DNA of 64,000 nucleotides from Narcine bancroftii (taxonomy: Eukaryota), in assembly GCF_036971445.1 (NCBI RefSeq), contig NC_091477.1, forward strand, positions 3,100,001 through 3,164,000, in the 5' to 3' direction. Made by a program: the position numbers and the translations under genes. The notes below the pieces were generated by a model that did no database searches, was not told the DNA's origin, and saw nothing but the letters and a program-made list of their open reading frames with translations. Below are positions 63,871-64,000 of this stretch, piece by piece (positions within the stretch are counted from its first letter, which is position 1; each line of letters begins with the position of its first letter).

Positions 63871-64000
<130 letters not shown>

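Overview
Eukaryotic genomic DNA. The gene content and repeat families (CR1, L1, Rex1/Babar-type, RTE, Penelope remnants, tRNA-derived SINEs, hAT MITEs) suggest a cartilaginous fish, probably a ray; this is inference. Two spliced genes can be rebuilt, both on the minus strand. The first is CD74 (MHC class II invariant chain), running from the ATG at 46600 to a terminal exon near 17100, with transmembrane, CLIP-like, trimerisation and thyroglobulin type-1 exons plus a candidate extra 111-nt cassette exon. The second is the 3' four coding exons of RPS14 (59466-64000, cut by the window edge). Main observations: (1) three MHC-II-type X1-X2-CCAAT modules lie upstream of CD74 with an inverted, closely spaced Y box, and in one the Y box has expanded into a 10-unit minisatellite; (2) RPS14 introns host three near-identical SNORA63/E3-like H/ACA snoRNAs plus an older truncated copy, and the duplications carried a GTGAGT splice donor with them; (3) a hAT-type element with an 8-bp target duplication has captured a promoter and first exon of a ZNHIT3-like gene inside CD74 intron 5; (4) RPS14 has candidate NMD-coupled splicing. 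Most ORFs in the supplied track are repeat-derived. Splice coordinates were read by hand; transposon boundaries are approximate unless a target-site duplication (TSD) is given.
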